Of a stretch of 64,000 nt of DNA, positions 23,098 to 32,952 are shown piece after piece (positions within the stretch are counted from its first letter, which is position 1; each line of letters begins with the position of its first letter). A model generated the notes under the pieces. It ran no database searches, was not told where the DNA came from, and worked only from the letters and a program-made list of their open reading frames with translations. The stretch is from Gammaproteobacteria bacterium. Lineage in GTDB: Bacteria > Pseudomonadota > Gammaproteobacteria > Eutrophobiales > Eutrophobiaceae. The stretch lies in contig OZ244905.1 of the NCBI GenBank assembly GCA_965221695.1, forward strand, positions 448,001 to 512,000. Direction: 5' to 3'. The translations under genes and the position numbers were made by a program.

Positions 23098-23248
23098 GGA
23101 AGCTCTGAACAAGTCCATTCCGGACTTGTCAGAGCACGCACAACAAAAATGCGATTTTCGTCGTGCTCACACAATCAATGACTTATCGTCATTGATTGTG
23201 GCGTTACTTCCCTGTATCGCAGGAAACTCTGACTTAATCAGAGTTTCC
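23098..23248 (+). mobile_element. Miniature inverted-repeat element, 151 bp (copy 2), with TTAA duplication
   Basis: TTAA|GGAAGCTCTGA...TCAGAGTTTCC|TTAA. Confidence 0.9.
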
Positions 23249-23407
23249 TTAACGAATATCTGGCGTTTAAACAGCATAGAGGGAGCAAGGATACAACAGT
23301 ATGCGATTGTGCTGTCGCCTCGTGCGCATGCTCATTTTATTATTGACTGGAATTATCTCCCATTGTTACAATCTGTTTCTTATAAAGAAAAAAAGTGGGG
23401 TGTAGTA

Positions 23408-25870
23408 ATGGGTATTTTCAGGACATTCGATAATGGGAGCTACCGGGCTGTTTTACTCCCGAAACGTTATCTTACGGCGGCAATCCTTGCGCTGCCGTTC
23501 ATATTGCAACCGGCCAGTTTCACATTTGCCCAGGAGAGCGGCATCGACGCGCTGATGGAAGAAATAACCGTTACTGCCAGGAAACGCGAAGAGGGCTTGC
23601 AGGATACCCCGATTGCGGTCTCTGTGTTCAGCGGCGAGAGCCTTGAGGCGCGCGGTGTTCAGCGGATTGATGAAATCGCCGGGCTGACGCCGAACATGTC
23701 GTTCGACAATATCAACACCAACGGTGGCGGCGGTAATAGCGCGGCCGTGTTCCTGCGTGGCGTCGGCCAACGCGACTTTCTGCCTTCCGCCGACCCCGGA
23801 GTGGGTATCTACGTGGACGGGGTATATTACGCCCGTAGCATTGGTTCGGTACTGGACATCATCGATATCGAGCGTGTCGAAGTCCTGCGCGGCCCGCAGG
23901 GCACGCTGTTCGGCCGTAATACCACGGGTGGCGCTATCGCGATCCACACCCAGAAGCCCCATGAAGAATTCGAGGGTAAGGTGCGGATTAGAATGGGCAT
24001 CGACGACCGGCTTGACTTGCTCGGCAAGGTCAATGTGCCGCTCAGCGACAACCTTTACATGAATGCGACCGTCGCCAAGTTCGACCAGGACGGTTTCGTG
24101 GTAAACCCACTCGATGGCATGGATACCGGGGACGATGACACCTTCGCCGTTCGCAGCGCGTTGCGCTGGCAAGCGAATAATAACATTGAGGTTAATATCA
24201 GCGGCGACTACTCCCGTGACCGGGAAAACGGTCAGGCGCGCGTGATAACGGAAAACCCCAATCGCGTTGTTGACTTAATACCAGGAAACCAGAATGTCTT
24301 CAACCATAATGTCTTACTGGGCGCCAATTCGCCGTTTAATCCGGCTAATGGCGGCGCTGGTCTGGGTAACCCGGGCACGCCTTTTCCCAGGAGCTTCAGT
24401 AACTGTGACGCGACACCCGCTAACGTCGCTGGGACCCATCCGGATTGCGCTAATGCCAGCAATATAGCCCTCGGACAGAATACAGGCACCATGCCGACCT
24501 TCTCCAACCATGATATCTACGGTTTTTCCGGAACGATCGACTGGCAGATCTCGGAGAATCTGGAAATCAAGTCCATCACCGCCTACCGTAATGTCGACAG
24601 CACATTTGCGCACGATGGCGACAATACCCCTTACTACCTGTCCTGGGTAAGAGACGAGATATATAAACAAGAGCAGTTTACCCAGGAAATACACTTGCAG
24701 GGCACGGGATTTAATGACCGCTTCCAGTGGATACTTGGCGGCTTCTATTTCACGGAAGACGGTAACAACTACAACCCGGTGGATTTTGCTCCTGTAGATA
24801 TAGAAAGCGGCGGTAAGTTCGACCATGAGAGCATCGCGGGTTTTGCCCAAGGCACGTTTGACGTAACGGACAAGCTACATATTACCGCTGGCATACGCTA
24901 CACTGACGATACCAAGGATTTCATAGTCACTAGTGACGGAACGTATAGCACAACTGGTAATTACTTTACCATGGGCGCGACCAGTGACGTGGTAAATATT
25001 CAGTCTATGACGATTGCGTTTTTTCCACCTGGATTTTTGCGAAAGCTGGTATCAGATGGCACCTACACCCTGAAAGCCGACGACTGGACCCCTATGGTGA
25101 ATATTGCTTACGACTGGAACGACAATCTCATGACTTACTTCACCTACTCGGAAGGTTTCAAGAGTGGCGGCGTACAACAACGCAATGCTGGGATATTCAC
25201 CGAAGGTGCGCCTGTTTATGATCCGGAATTTGTCGAGTCCTTTGAACTCGGCTTCAAATTCAGCACGCCTGATGGTCGCTTTGTCCTGAATGCAGCCGCG
25301 TTCTATGCCGACTATACGGACATTCAACTGGAAACCCTGGCACCCGATGGCATCGCCCCACAGCTTGACAATGCCGGCGAGGGCGAGATAAAAGGGTTCG
25401 AACTGGAATCACGCTGGTCGCCTCTTGACACCTGGTTTTTAGAAGTGGCTCTCGGTCATCTTGATGCGGTGATCACGGAATCCGACCCCAGCGTGGTCAA
25501 CGAAGGCGGCCCTGACAAGGGCGACAGGTTGCCGCAGGTGCCGCGCTGGTCGCTGGCCGCCTCGCTCATCAAGGAATTCGGCCTGGGCGATATGGGCACG
25601 CTTATCGCACGCCTGGATTATAGCTACCGTACCAAGGTGTTTTTTGACCCGGCCAACGACCCGGGCAGTGTTATGCAATCCCATGGCCTGATGAATGCCA
25701 GTGTGGGTTGGGACAGCGCCAATGACAAGTTTTCGCTGATCTTCCATGCGAACAATATCTTCGACAAGCGCCGCATAATCTACACGGAACTTTCAGGGTC
25801 GGCACGTACGCAGAACGATGTACTGGCCCGTGATTTTGCCTGGTACCTGACCGGCGAATACCGCTTCTGA
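23408..25870 (+). CDS. TonB-dependent receptor
   Basis: EEITVTARKRE, IERVEVLRGPQGTLFGRN, C-terminal EYRF; the longer ORF start lies inside the MITE and was trimmed. Confidence 0.93.
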   Translation: MGIFRTFDNGSYRAVLLPKRYLTAAILALPFILQPASFTFAQESGIDALMEEITVTARKREEGLQDTPIAVSVFSGESLEARGVQRIDEIAGLTPNMSFDNINTNGGGGNSAAVFLRGVGQRDFLPSADPGVGIYVDGVYYARSIGSVLDIIDIERVEVLRGPQGTLFGRNTTGGAIAIHTQKPHEEFEGKVRIRMGIDDRLDLLGKVNVPLSDNLYMNATVAKFDQDGFVVNPLDGMDTGDDDTFAVRSALRWQANNNIEVNISGDYSRDRENGQARVITENPNRVVDLIPGNQNVFNHNVLLGANSPFNPANGGAGLGNPGTPFPRSFSNCDATPANVAGTHPDCANASNIALGQNTGTMPTFSNHDIYGFSGTIDWQISENLEIKSITAYRNVDSTFAHDGDNTPYYLSWVRDEIYKQEQFTQEIHLQGTGFNDRFQWILGGFYFTEDGNNYNPVDFAPVDIESGGKFDHESIAGFAQGTFDVTDKLHITAGIRYTDDTKDFIVTSDGTYSTTGNYFTMGATSDVVNIQSMTIAFFPPGFLRKLVSDGTYTLKADDWTPMVNIAYDWNDNLMTYFTYSEGFKSGGVQQRNAGIFTEGAPVYDPEFVESFELGFKFSTPDGRFVLNAAAFYADYTDIQLETLAPDGIAPQLDNAGEGEIKGFELESRWSPLDTWFLEVALGHLDAVITESDPSVVNEGGPDKGDRLPQVPRWSLAASLIKEFGLGDMGTLIARLDYSYRTKVFFDPANDPGSVMQSHGLMNASVGWDSANDKFSLIFHANNIFDKRRIIYTELSGSARTQNDVLARDFAWYLTGEYRF

Positions 25871-25971
25871 GGAAATCGAATTATTCCATCCCGGATATCC
25901 CGCTTAATACAGGATTAGGCGATGTCCGGGATCAATCGGAAGATATCATCGCCATCGGTGGGATATTCGGG

Positions 25972-26457
25972 TTATATCGGCAAAGGCGAAAGCATGCTGA
26001 GCTGTCGGGTCTTTAGCACGACCCGGCGGCTGAGCAATTTCCAGGTATCCGTATCTCTTTCCCAGCAATCGTCATATCGGCCCACTGCATAACAGGACGT
26101 AACGCCTTGCTGATCGGTATGGTACAACGCGAAGCTGCTGGATGTATGCGCGCCGGGTTCGTCTACTTGCATCACATCCACTGATATTACCCGGGTTTGC
26201 TCCACTTCGGCAATCTCCCATTCATGTTCCGGCATCGCGTTAATGCGATCGCTTAATTGCGACCGCTGACATTGCATCCAGATCATGGGTTCGGGTAGTT
26301 CGGGCGCGCGGGTTATAATCGTATACATGCCCTCTTCCTTGTAGAGATCCAGGTAGGCAGGAAAGTTATGGTCGTCCAGAAAACGGGCGGAGGCGTGAAT
26401 CAGGCGATCCAATTCAAGTTGCGTGCCAGCCTCCACGGATGTCGCAGCTCTATTCAT
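25972..26457 (-). CDS. Ring-hydroxylating oxygenase beta subunit (SnoaL/NTF2 fold, MsmB-like)
   Basis: A..LD...F..YL.L, GRY.D and W....R.V.L motifs; overlaps the alpha subunit gene. Confidence 0.8.
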   Translation of the reverse strand: MNRAATSVEAGTQLELDRLIHASARFLDDHNFPAYLDLYKEEGMYTIITRAPELPEPMIWMQCQRSQLSDRINAMPEHEWEIAEVEQTRVISVDVMQVDEPGAHTSSSFALYHTDQQGVTSCYAVGRYDDCWERDTDTWKLLSRRVVLKTRQLSMLSPLPI

Positions 26458-27664
26458 GTCCGGCGTTGAGATCGTGCGCTTGATAACCCGTGAGGCGGCT
26501 CCACTCTTTATAGAAGTTGCGCAGAGAGGAATCGCTCATTGGCCCGTCTTCCTCCCGTGCGATAATACTGTAGCGGCTGCTGCCGTTCTCCATGTTGCGC
26601 ATCTGCGCCTGAACCGCCCAAACGTCTTCCGCCAGGTTGATGCCGGTGGGTCCCCACACCTGGTTATGGTGGCGCACGCGCAAGGCGCGCGCCGCATCGG
26701 TGTCCCCTGCCAGGCCCAGGCCCCGGCATTCTAGCAAAGTGCGCGTCGGCGACAAGGGCATGATCGAATCGATCCGGGCCACGGTGGAACGGCAGTTCAG
26801 CAACATGTCCGGAAACAGGTTGATCACCACGTGCCCATTCGGCGCCATGCCGGGCATCATATCGGACTCACGTTGTTCATACTTCAGGTTTCCATAACTG
26901 ATACTGGCATGATCGAAGCTGACATGGCCCCGTTGGTGACAACGCCATTGCCGCTTCCGGTACTCTTGCTGGGCAACGCCGGTGGTGCGGTTCAACAGGT
27001 GTAACAGCTCGTGATAGCCCTCGTAGTTCGTTTCGACGAACAGTTTCCAGTTGGCCTGAATTTCCGTTCGATGCAGGTGGAACACTTCAAGATCGGCGAG
27101 TCCGAACGGCGTGCGTATAGCCTCGATAACGGCTTCTCCCAGGTACTCGCGCAGGGAACATGCCTCGTCATCCAGACATATAAAAACGAGATCAAACAGC
27201 GTTTCCACACGCACGGCTTTCAGGTTGGTATCTTCTTTTTGGACGGATGAGTCCCGGTATCCCGACGGCCGGGAAATTCCCGCACATTGGCCTTTTTCGT
27301 CATAACTCCACAAATGGTAAAAACAAGTCATGCGCCCTTGTTCCAAAGCGCCGCGCGTTTTGCGGATGACCCGGGCGCCCCGATGCGCACAACTGTTGTA
27401 AAAGGCCCGTAATTCCCGGTCTTTTCCCCTCACCAGGATCAATTCATGGCCAGCCACTTGCGCAAGGCGGAAATCGTGCGGGTTGGGAAGCTCAGAAGCA
27501 TGGCAGATGAAACGCCAGGTTCGGGACAGGACCGCGCGTGTTTCCGTTTCAAACACCTTTGGATTGGTGTAAATACGGTTATCCAGATAGTGTGTCGGCG
27601 GCAACTCCGGCCGGTTGCGACTATCCAACCTGGATCGCATCTTTTCCAGGGTTCCGGTCGTCAT
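26450..27664 (-). CDS. Rieske oxygenase alpha subunit, methanesulfonate monooxygenase MsmA-like
   Basis: CAH-X19-CFYH; TNYEGYHELLH; RGLGL.GD...R..R...HN..WGP.G.NL.ED resembles MsmA as recalled. Confidence 0.8.
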   Translation of the reverse strand: MTTGTLEKMRSRLDSRNRPELPPTHYLDNRIYTNPKVFETETRAVLSRTWRFICHASELPNPHDFRLAQVAGHELILVRGKDRELRAFYNSCAHRGARVIRKTRGALEQGRMTCFYHLWSYDEKGQCAGISRPSGYRDSSVQKEDTNLKAVRVETLFDLVFICLDDEACSLREYLGEAVIEAIRTPFGLADLEVFHLHRTEIQANWKLFVETNYEGYHELLHLLNRTTGVAQQEYRKRQWRCHQRGHVSFDHASISYGNLKYEQRESDMMPGMAPNGHVVINLFPDMLLNCRSTVARIDSIMPLSPTRTLLECRGLGLAGDTDAARALRVRHHNQVWGPTGINLAEDVWAVQAQMRNMENGSSRYSIIAREEDGPMSDSSLRNFYKEWSRLTGYQAHDLNAGHE

Positions 27665-27767
27665 CAGATGATAATTTACTGTCAGTTGGTTAAACGCCAG
27701 CCGATATCTTATACCCTGTTTGCCTCCGGCCGTGATTTAACCTGTGTGTGCTATATTGGGTTATCTC

Positions 27768-28814
27768 ATGTTTCCCGTCTATCTTATCAAATTGCTGCTG
27801 TTGTCTTCCATCCTGGCGCTGCCCGCCTGCGGCTCGCAATCGGATATTGAAATCATTCGGGCTGTAAGCATGTTGCCCAGACAGACCGACTATACCAGAG
27901 ATTTCGAACAGTGGATAAACCAGGTCAACAAGGCGGGCAAGGGCAAATTCAGGATAATCTTCGTTGGCGGGCCGGAGGCGTTGCCAACGTTTGAGCAGGC
28001 CGATGCCGTCAGGTCCGGCGTAGTGCACATGGTGTACGGCCCGGCAACCTACTACATGGGTCTGCTGCCGGAGGTCGAAGCTATGTTTGCCAGTAATGTG
28101 CTTCCTTGGGAAACCCGCGCCAACGGCGCGATTGAATTGATGGACAGGATACACCAGGAGAAACTGGGGGCGCGTTACCTGGCCCGCGCCGCGTTCATTG
28201 AATTTCACGTGTTCACCCGGGAGCGTCCGGTAATCAATGCCGAGGGAATGCCGGAACTGCGCGGGTGGAGTATCCGCGGCGGCCCGGTATGGCGGGATTT
28301 TATCAGTAGCCTTGGCGCCCGGTTCGTCAATGTTGCCGCGCCGGACATCTATATGGCCCTGGAGCGCAACATGATCCAGGGGATAGGCTGGCCAATCGTC
28401 GGTCTGCAGGATTCCTCCTGGCACCAGCACCTCGAATATCGCATTGATCCTGGCGTGTTTTCCAGCGATATGGGTATCATCTTCAACCAGGCGCGTTGGG
28501 CGCAGCTCCCGAAGGAGGTTCGCGACACACTGCTGGCCGCCGCGATAGAGTATGAAACAGACAGTTACCGGCGTTTCGAACAGCTTACCCGGGAGCAGGA
28601 TGCGCGTCTTCGGGCACTGGGTATGAAGGTGATTGAACTCGATGGAGACGGCGAAAGGAAATACCGCAAACTTGCCCACGACGTAATCTGGAATCGTCTG
28701 CAGGTCCGCTCGCCCGAATACTACGGGAAACTGCGAAACGGTTTTTATCGGGAAATGGAATCAGGTAAGCAACGCGTGAATCCTGGTGAAATACAAACCG
28801 GCCATGAACGATAA
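27768..28814 (+). CDS. TRAP transporter substrate-binding protein (DctP family), probable lipoprotein
   Basis: LPAC lipobox-like, GGPEALP..EQ..AV..G and DIYMALERNMIQG. Confidence 0.85.
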   Translation: MFPVYLIKLLLLSSILALPACGSQSDIEIIRAVSMLPRQTDYTRDFEQWINQVNKAGKGKFRIIFVGGPEALPTFEQADAVRSGVVHMVYGPATYYMGLLPEVEAMFASNVLPWETRANGAIELMDRIHQEKLGARYLARAAFIEFHVFTRERPVINAEGMPELRGWSIRGGPVWRDFISSLGARFVNVAAPDIYMALERNMIQGIGWPIVGLQDSSWHQHLEYRIDPGVFSSDMGIIFNQARWAQLPKEVRDTLLAAAIEYETDSYRRFEQLTREQDARLRALGMKVIELDGDGERKYRKLAHDVIWNRLQVRSPEYYGKLRNGFYREMESGKQRVNPGEIQTGHER

Positions 28815-29313
28815 ACCACAAGGCATCTACGAACAGGTTCTGTTCGGACTTTTTGCGACCGGCGCGATCATTCTTGCCACGGTAACGCTGCTGATTCTCT
28901 ATGACGTGATTGCGCGTCTGACCGGTCTGCCGGCATTCCCTCATACCCTGGCATACACGGAATATGGCCTGTATTACCTCACCCTGCTCGGCGCGCCCTG
29001 GCTGGCGCGGACAAAACGCCATATCTATATACAACTGCTGAGCGCGATGATATCGCCCTCCCTAAGGCCACTGATCTTCCGGCTGAGCTACCTGATTTGC
29101 GCGCTTACTTGCGCCGTTATCTGTTATTACGCCGGCTTGGTCACGTTTGAGACCTGGCTCCGGGGCGATGAGGAAGTGCGCTCATTCGATATGCCGCGCT
29201 GGCTGGTATTCATCGTTATGCCCATCACGTTCTCGTTGTTGAGCATCGAATTCTGCCGTTATCTGTTGGGCTTTGACAATATGTACGATGCCGAGATCGG
29301 GGTTAAAGAATGA
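28804..29313 (+). CDS. TRAP transporter small permease (DctQ)
   Basis: 4 TM segments, EYGL...TLLGAPW...HI motif; operon position. Confidence 0.85.
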   Translation: MNDKPQGIYEQVLFGLFATGAIILATVTLLILYDVIARLTGLPAFPHTLAYTEYGLYYLTLLGAPWLARTKRHIYIQLLSAMISPSLRPLIFRLSYLICALTCAVICYYAGLVTFETWLRGDEEVRSFDMPRWLVFIVMPITFSLLSIEFCRYLLGFDNMYDAEIGVKE

Positions 29314-29338
29314 CACTCTATCCTGGGAAATCGGGCAA

Positions 29339-30664
29339 ATGTCGCTGATCTGGTTCGCCGCGTTCGCGCTGATGCTTGGCATCACGATTTTCCTGATTGC
29401 GTTGGGAATACCGGTCGCGTTCGCGTTCCTGGGCGCCGACCTGATCGGCGTAATGCTGTTTATGGGAGGCGATGCCGGACTGGCGCAACTGGTCCGCAAC
29501 GCAGCAAACGCGTTGACCCGGTTCTCCCTGGTTCCGGTTCCGCTGTTCCTGATCATGGGAGAGATGTTTTTTCATTCCGGACTGGGCTTCAGGGCATTCA
29601 ACGCGCTGGACAAGTTGTTCGGACGCCTGCCGGGACGGTTGTCATTCATTACTGTCGGCGGCGGGACCATGTTCGCCGCGCTGTCCGGTTCGAGCATGGC
29701 CTCCACGGCGCTGCTGGGAACCCTGATGGTCCCGGAAATGAAAAAACGCGGTTACAAAAACCGCCTGTCAATCGGGCCGATATTGGGCACTGGCGGTCTG
29801 GCCATACTCATACCGCCCTCAGCGCTGGCCGTTCTGTTGGGCAGCCTGGCCTATATCGATATCGGTATGCTGCTCATCGCCGGAATTGTCCCGGGGCTGG
29901 CGCTGGCGCTGCTGTATGGGATTTACATCATCATCAGCATCCGTATCGATCCGGAGTCGGCCCCGGCATACGAAGTGACGGAAATACCTTTTAAAATGAA
30001 GTTGCTGTTGGTCGCCAGAGACGTGTTGCCAATGGGCTTCATCGTCTTCCTGGTAGTCGGCATGATCATCCTGGGCTGGGCAACTCCCACCGAGTCGGCA
30101 GCCTGCGGCGTAGCCGGGGTAATGCTACTGGCCGCCTGCTTTCGCTGTCTTTCCGTTGACGTGATCACGAAATCATTCCTGGGCGCCACCCGGGTTACGG
30201 TCATGATGTTCATGATCATTCTCGGCGCGACGACATTCAGCAAGGCGTTGGCCTTTTCCGGCGCCACCACCGGCCTGGTGGAGTGGGTTAGCGCGCTGAC
30301 ACTGACGCCCATCGCAGCATTGCTCATCATGTTCGTTGTGATGTTAATGCTGGGGGCCTTTATGGAGCAGTTATCAATGATGATGCTGACCCTGCCCGTG
30401 TTTGTCCCCCTGGCCCATTTTTTCGGTTTCGATATGATCTGGTTCGGCGTGATCGTGCTGCTGGCCCTGGAAATGAGCCTGACCATGCCGCCGATGGGTC
30501 TGCTGTTGTTCGTAATGAAAGGCGTTGCGCCGCCCGGCACACGCATGCAGGACATCTGGCTGGCCGCCCTGCCTTTTATGGGATGCTCGGCGTTATTATT
30601 GTTGTTACTGCTGCTGTACCCCGACATCGCGCTGTGGCTGCCGGAACTCAGCAAACCCGGTTAG
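29339..30664 (+). CDS. TRAP transporter large permease (DctM)
   Basis: VPLFLIMGE, FAALSGSS, LIPPS, ATPTESAA and PPMGL motifs. Confidence 0.92.
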   Translation: MSLIWFAAFALMLGITIFLIALGIPVAFAFLGADLIGVMLFMGGDAGLAQLVRNAANALTRFSLVPVPLFLIMGEMFFHSGLGFRAFNALDKLFGRLPGRLSFITVGGGTMFAALSGSSMASTALLGTLMVPEMKKRGYKNRLSIGPILGTGGLAILIPPSALAVLLGSLAYIDIGMLLIAGIVPGLALALLYGIYIIISIRIDPESAPAYEVTEIPFKMKLLLVARDVLPMGFIVFLVVGMIILGWATPTESAACGVAGVMLLAACFRCLSVDVITKSFLGATRVTVMMFMIILGATTFSKALAFSGATTGLVEWVSALTLTPIAALLIMFVVMLMLGAFMEQLSMMMLTLPVFVPLAHFFGFDMIWFGVIVLLALEMSLTMPPMGLLLFVMKGVAPPGTRMQDIWLAALPFMGCSALLLLLLLLYPDIALWLPELSKPG

Positions 30665-30752
30665 CGGGATCGCAGTCTTGCTCAGATATTAATCCAGCCA
30701 AAACGTCCTGAGCAAGGCAGACCTATTGTCCTTTATAAGGCGTTTTGTTGCG

Positions 30753-30782
30753 TACTGGATTCCCGTTTCCACGGGAATGGTA
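30753..30782 (-). repeat. ATTCCC-N8-GGGAAT (dRS3-like) REP palindrome
   Basis: tactggattcccgtttccacgggaatggta. Confidence 0.75.
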
Positions 30783-30800
30783 TACCAGTACTCTTTCAAC

Positions 30801-31598
30801 TTAACCAGGGGTTTCTGATAATTGCGCCACTTTATCTGTCTTCTGCTCCGCGCCGATGGCCGCGTAGCCGCTGTCAACGGGCACATCAGCGCCGTTGATG
30901 CCGGACGCGGCGTCTGAACACAGGAACACCACGGTTCGGGCGACCTCTTCCGGGTCCACTGCGCGGCCGGACAGGTGAAAATCTCCGGCAACCCGGTCTG
31001 CTTTGGCCCGGTCATTACCGGTCATGTCGCGAATAACGTTCGACCAGACCCAGCCGGGGGAGACGCAGTTGACGCGTATATTGTCCTCGGCCAGTAGCAG
31101 CGCTTCATTCCGGGTCGCGCCCATGATCGCCGCCTTCGAGGCGCCATACAGAAGACGCCCTGGCTGCGCTCGCTTCCCGCTGATGCTGGCAAAGTTCACG
31201 ATCGCGCCGCCACCGCGCCGGCGCATGTGCGGCGCCACTTTTTGCACGAATATGGCTCCGCTTATCAGGTTCACGTCCAGGGCCTGGCGCCATTCGTCAC
31301 GGGTCGAAGCAATGCCGTTGTCCAAGTAAGTGCAGGCGACGTTGACCAGATAATCAATACCGCCCCAGGTATTGAGCGTTTGTTCTATGACCGCATCGAT
31401 TTGGGCATCGTCAGTAATGTCAGCATGGATAAACCTGAGTCCGTTTCCTGCCTCCTCTTCCAGTTCACGTCCGCCTGCTTCATCGATGTCACAGACCGTC
31501 ACCTGTGCGCCGGCTTTGATGAATTCATGGGCAACCTTTCTGCCGATCAGGGTTGCGCCGCCCGGCACAAGGGCGACTTTGCCATTGAGATCTATCAT
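30801..31598 (-). CDS. SDR family oxidoreductase
   Basis: GGATLIG, YGASKAA (YxxxK), RVNCVSPG. Confidence 0.9.
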   Translation of the reverse strand: MIDLNGKVALVPGGATLIGRKVAHEFIKAGAQVTVCDIDEAGGRELEEEAGNGLRFIHADITDDAQIDAVIEQTLNTWGGIDYLVNVACTYLDNGIASTRDEWRQALDVNLISGAIFVQKVAPHMRRRGGGAIVNFASISGKRAQPGRLLYGASKAAIMGATRNEALLLAEDNIRVNCVSPGWVWSNVIRDMTGNDRAKADRVAGDFHLSGRAVDPEEVARTVVFLCSDAASGINGADVPVDSGYAAIGAEQKTDKVAQLSETPG

Positions 31599-32842
31599 AA
31601 TGCTTTTACCTCCTGGGCTATGATTTTAATGCCTTCTCTGACTACATCGTCATGCATCGAATAAGTAATACGTATGCACTCGTTTTTATGCGCCCAGGAA
31701 TCACCGTCCAGCCCCGGGAAGAAATATTGTCCGGGGATGATCAGCACACCCCGCTGCTTCAGGCGGTGGTACAGTTCCAGACTGCTGACCGGCAGGCCGG
31801 GAAACCACAGCCAGAGGAAGATCGCTCCCTCCGCTTTATGTATGTAGTAATCAATGCCCGCCAGTTCCTCGTGCAGCAACGCAGTGGCCCGTTGCGCCTT
31901 CGCTTGGTAATAAGGCCGTATCAGTGATTTGCTGATTTCAGTCACTTTGCCGGATCGAACCAAGTCGTATGCCAGGGCCGGGCCGACACTCTCCGGCGCC
32001 AGGGTCAGTACGCCGTTGATGTTGCCCAAGGCCTTGATAATATCGGCGCGGGCGACGACGATACCGGTACGTGTCGCCGGCAGCCCCAGTTTGGACAGGC
32101 TCATCGACAGGATGATGTTTTCATTCCAGATCAATTCCACCTCAGTGAAGATGATGCTCGGAAACGGCATGCCGTAGGCATTGTCGATAATCAGCGGTAT
32201 GTTGCGGTCCGCGGAGAGTTCGATCAACCTGGCTACCTCCTGGTCTGTCAATACGTTGCCGGTAGGGTTGGTGGGTCGCGATACGCAGATCGCGCCGATC
32301 GAATCATCCACAGTCAAATGATCAAAATCCACGTGGTACTTGAAAGTGCGATCCGGAAATTTATCGATTGTCGGCCGGTATGCGGTAAAAACACCATCCG
32401 CAAGACCTACATCTCCATAACCGATATACTCCGGCGCCATAGGCAACAGGATTTTCCTGGCGCGGCCATCATCAAACTCGCCGGCGAACATGTTGAACAT
32501 CAGGAAAAAGGCCGACTGGCTGCCGTTGGTCAGCGCGACATTCTCCGCAGTCAATCCCCAACCGTATGTGCGGTTCAGCAGGTCTGCCAATGCTTCCAGG
32601 AATTTCATGCTGCCACGGGGCGGGTCGTAATCACCCACAACCCGGGCAAACTCACCGGGCTGGTCCAGTATCTGCTGCATCCGCTCCCGGAAGAATGACT
32701 GCACTTCGGGGATATGGGCCGGGTTTCCGCCGCCGAGCATGAGCGCTTCCTGCTCCCCGGCCATTGCCTCGCCCATGTCATCCATTAGCATGACGATGCC
32801 TGAATGCTCTGAAAATCGTTGTGCAAATTTCGATAAATTCAT
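31595..32842 (-). CDS. avtA: Valine--pyruvate transaminase
   Basis: MLGGGNPA, SRPTNPTGNV, DNAYG, SLSKLGLP. Confidence 0.92.
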   Translation of the reverse strand: MNLSKFAQRFSEHSGIVMLMDDMGEAMAGEQEALMLGGGNPAHIPEVQSFFRERMQQILDQPGEFARVVGDYDPPRGSMKFLEALADLLNRTYGWGLTAENVALTNGSQSAFFLMFNMFAGEFDDGRARKILLPMAPEYIGYGDVGLADGVFTAYRPTIDKFPDRTFKYHVDFDHLTVDDSIGAICVSRPTNPTGNVLTDQEVARLIELSADRNIPLIIDNAYGMPFPSIIFTEVELIWNENIILSMSLSKLGLPATRTGIVVARADIIKALGNINGVLTLAPESVGPALAYDLVRSGKVTEISKSLIRPYYQAKAQRATALLHEELAGIDYYIHKAEGAIFLWLWFPGLPVSSLELYHRLKQRGVLIIPGQYFFPGLDGDSWAHKNECIRITYSMHDDVVREGIKIIAQEVKAL

Positions 32843-32952
32843 GGATTTTTTATTATTAACATGGATGTACAGGATTAATAGTTTTTATTTATGTGTGAAC
32901 TGTGGTCTTTATGGTTCATATTATTGTTTATCAGAATATGAATCATCTGCGA

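Noticed and set aside
23126-23407. N-terminal extension of the TonB receptor ORF
   Set aside because: Starts inside the MITE; the signal-peptide-like region lies downstream of 23408
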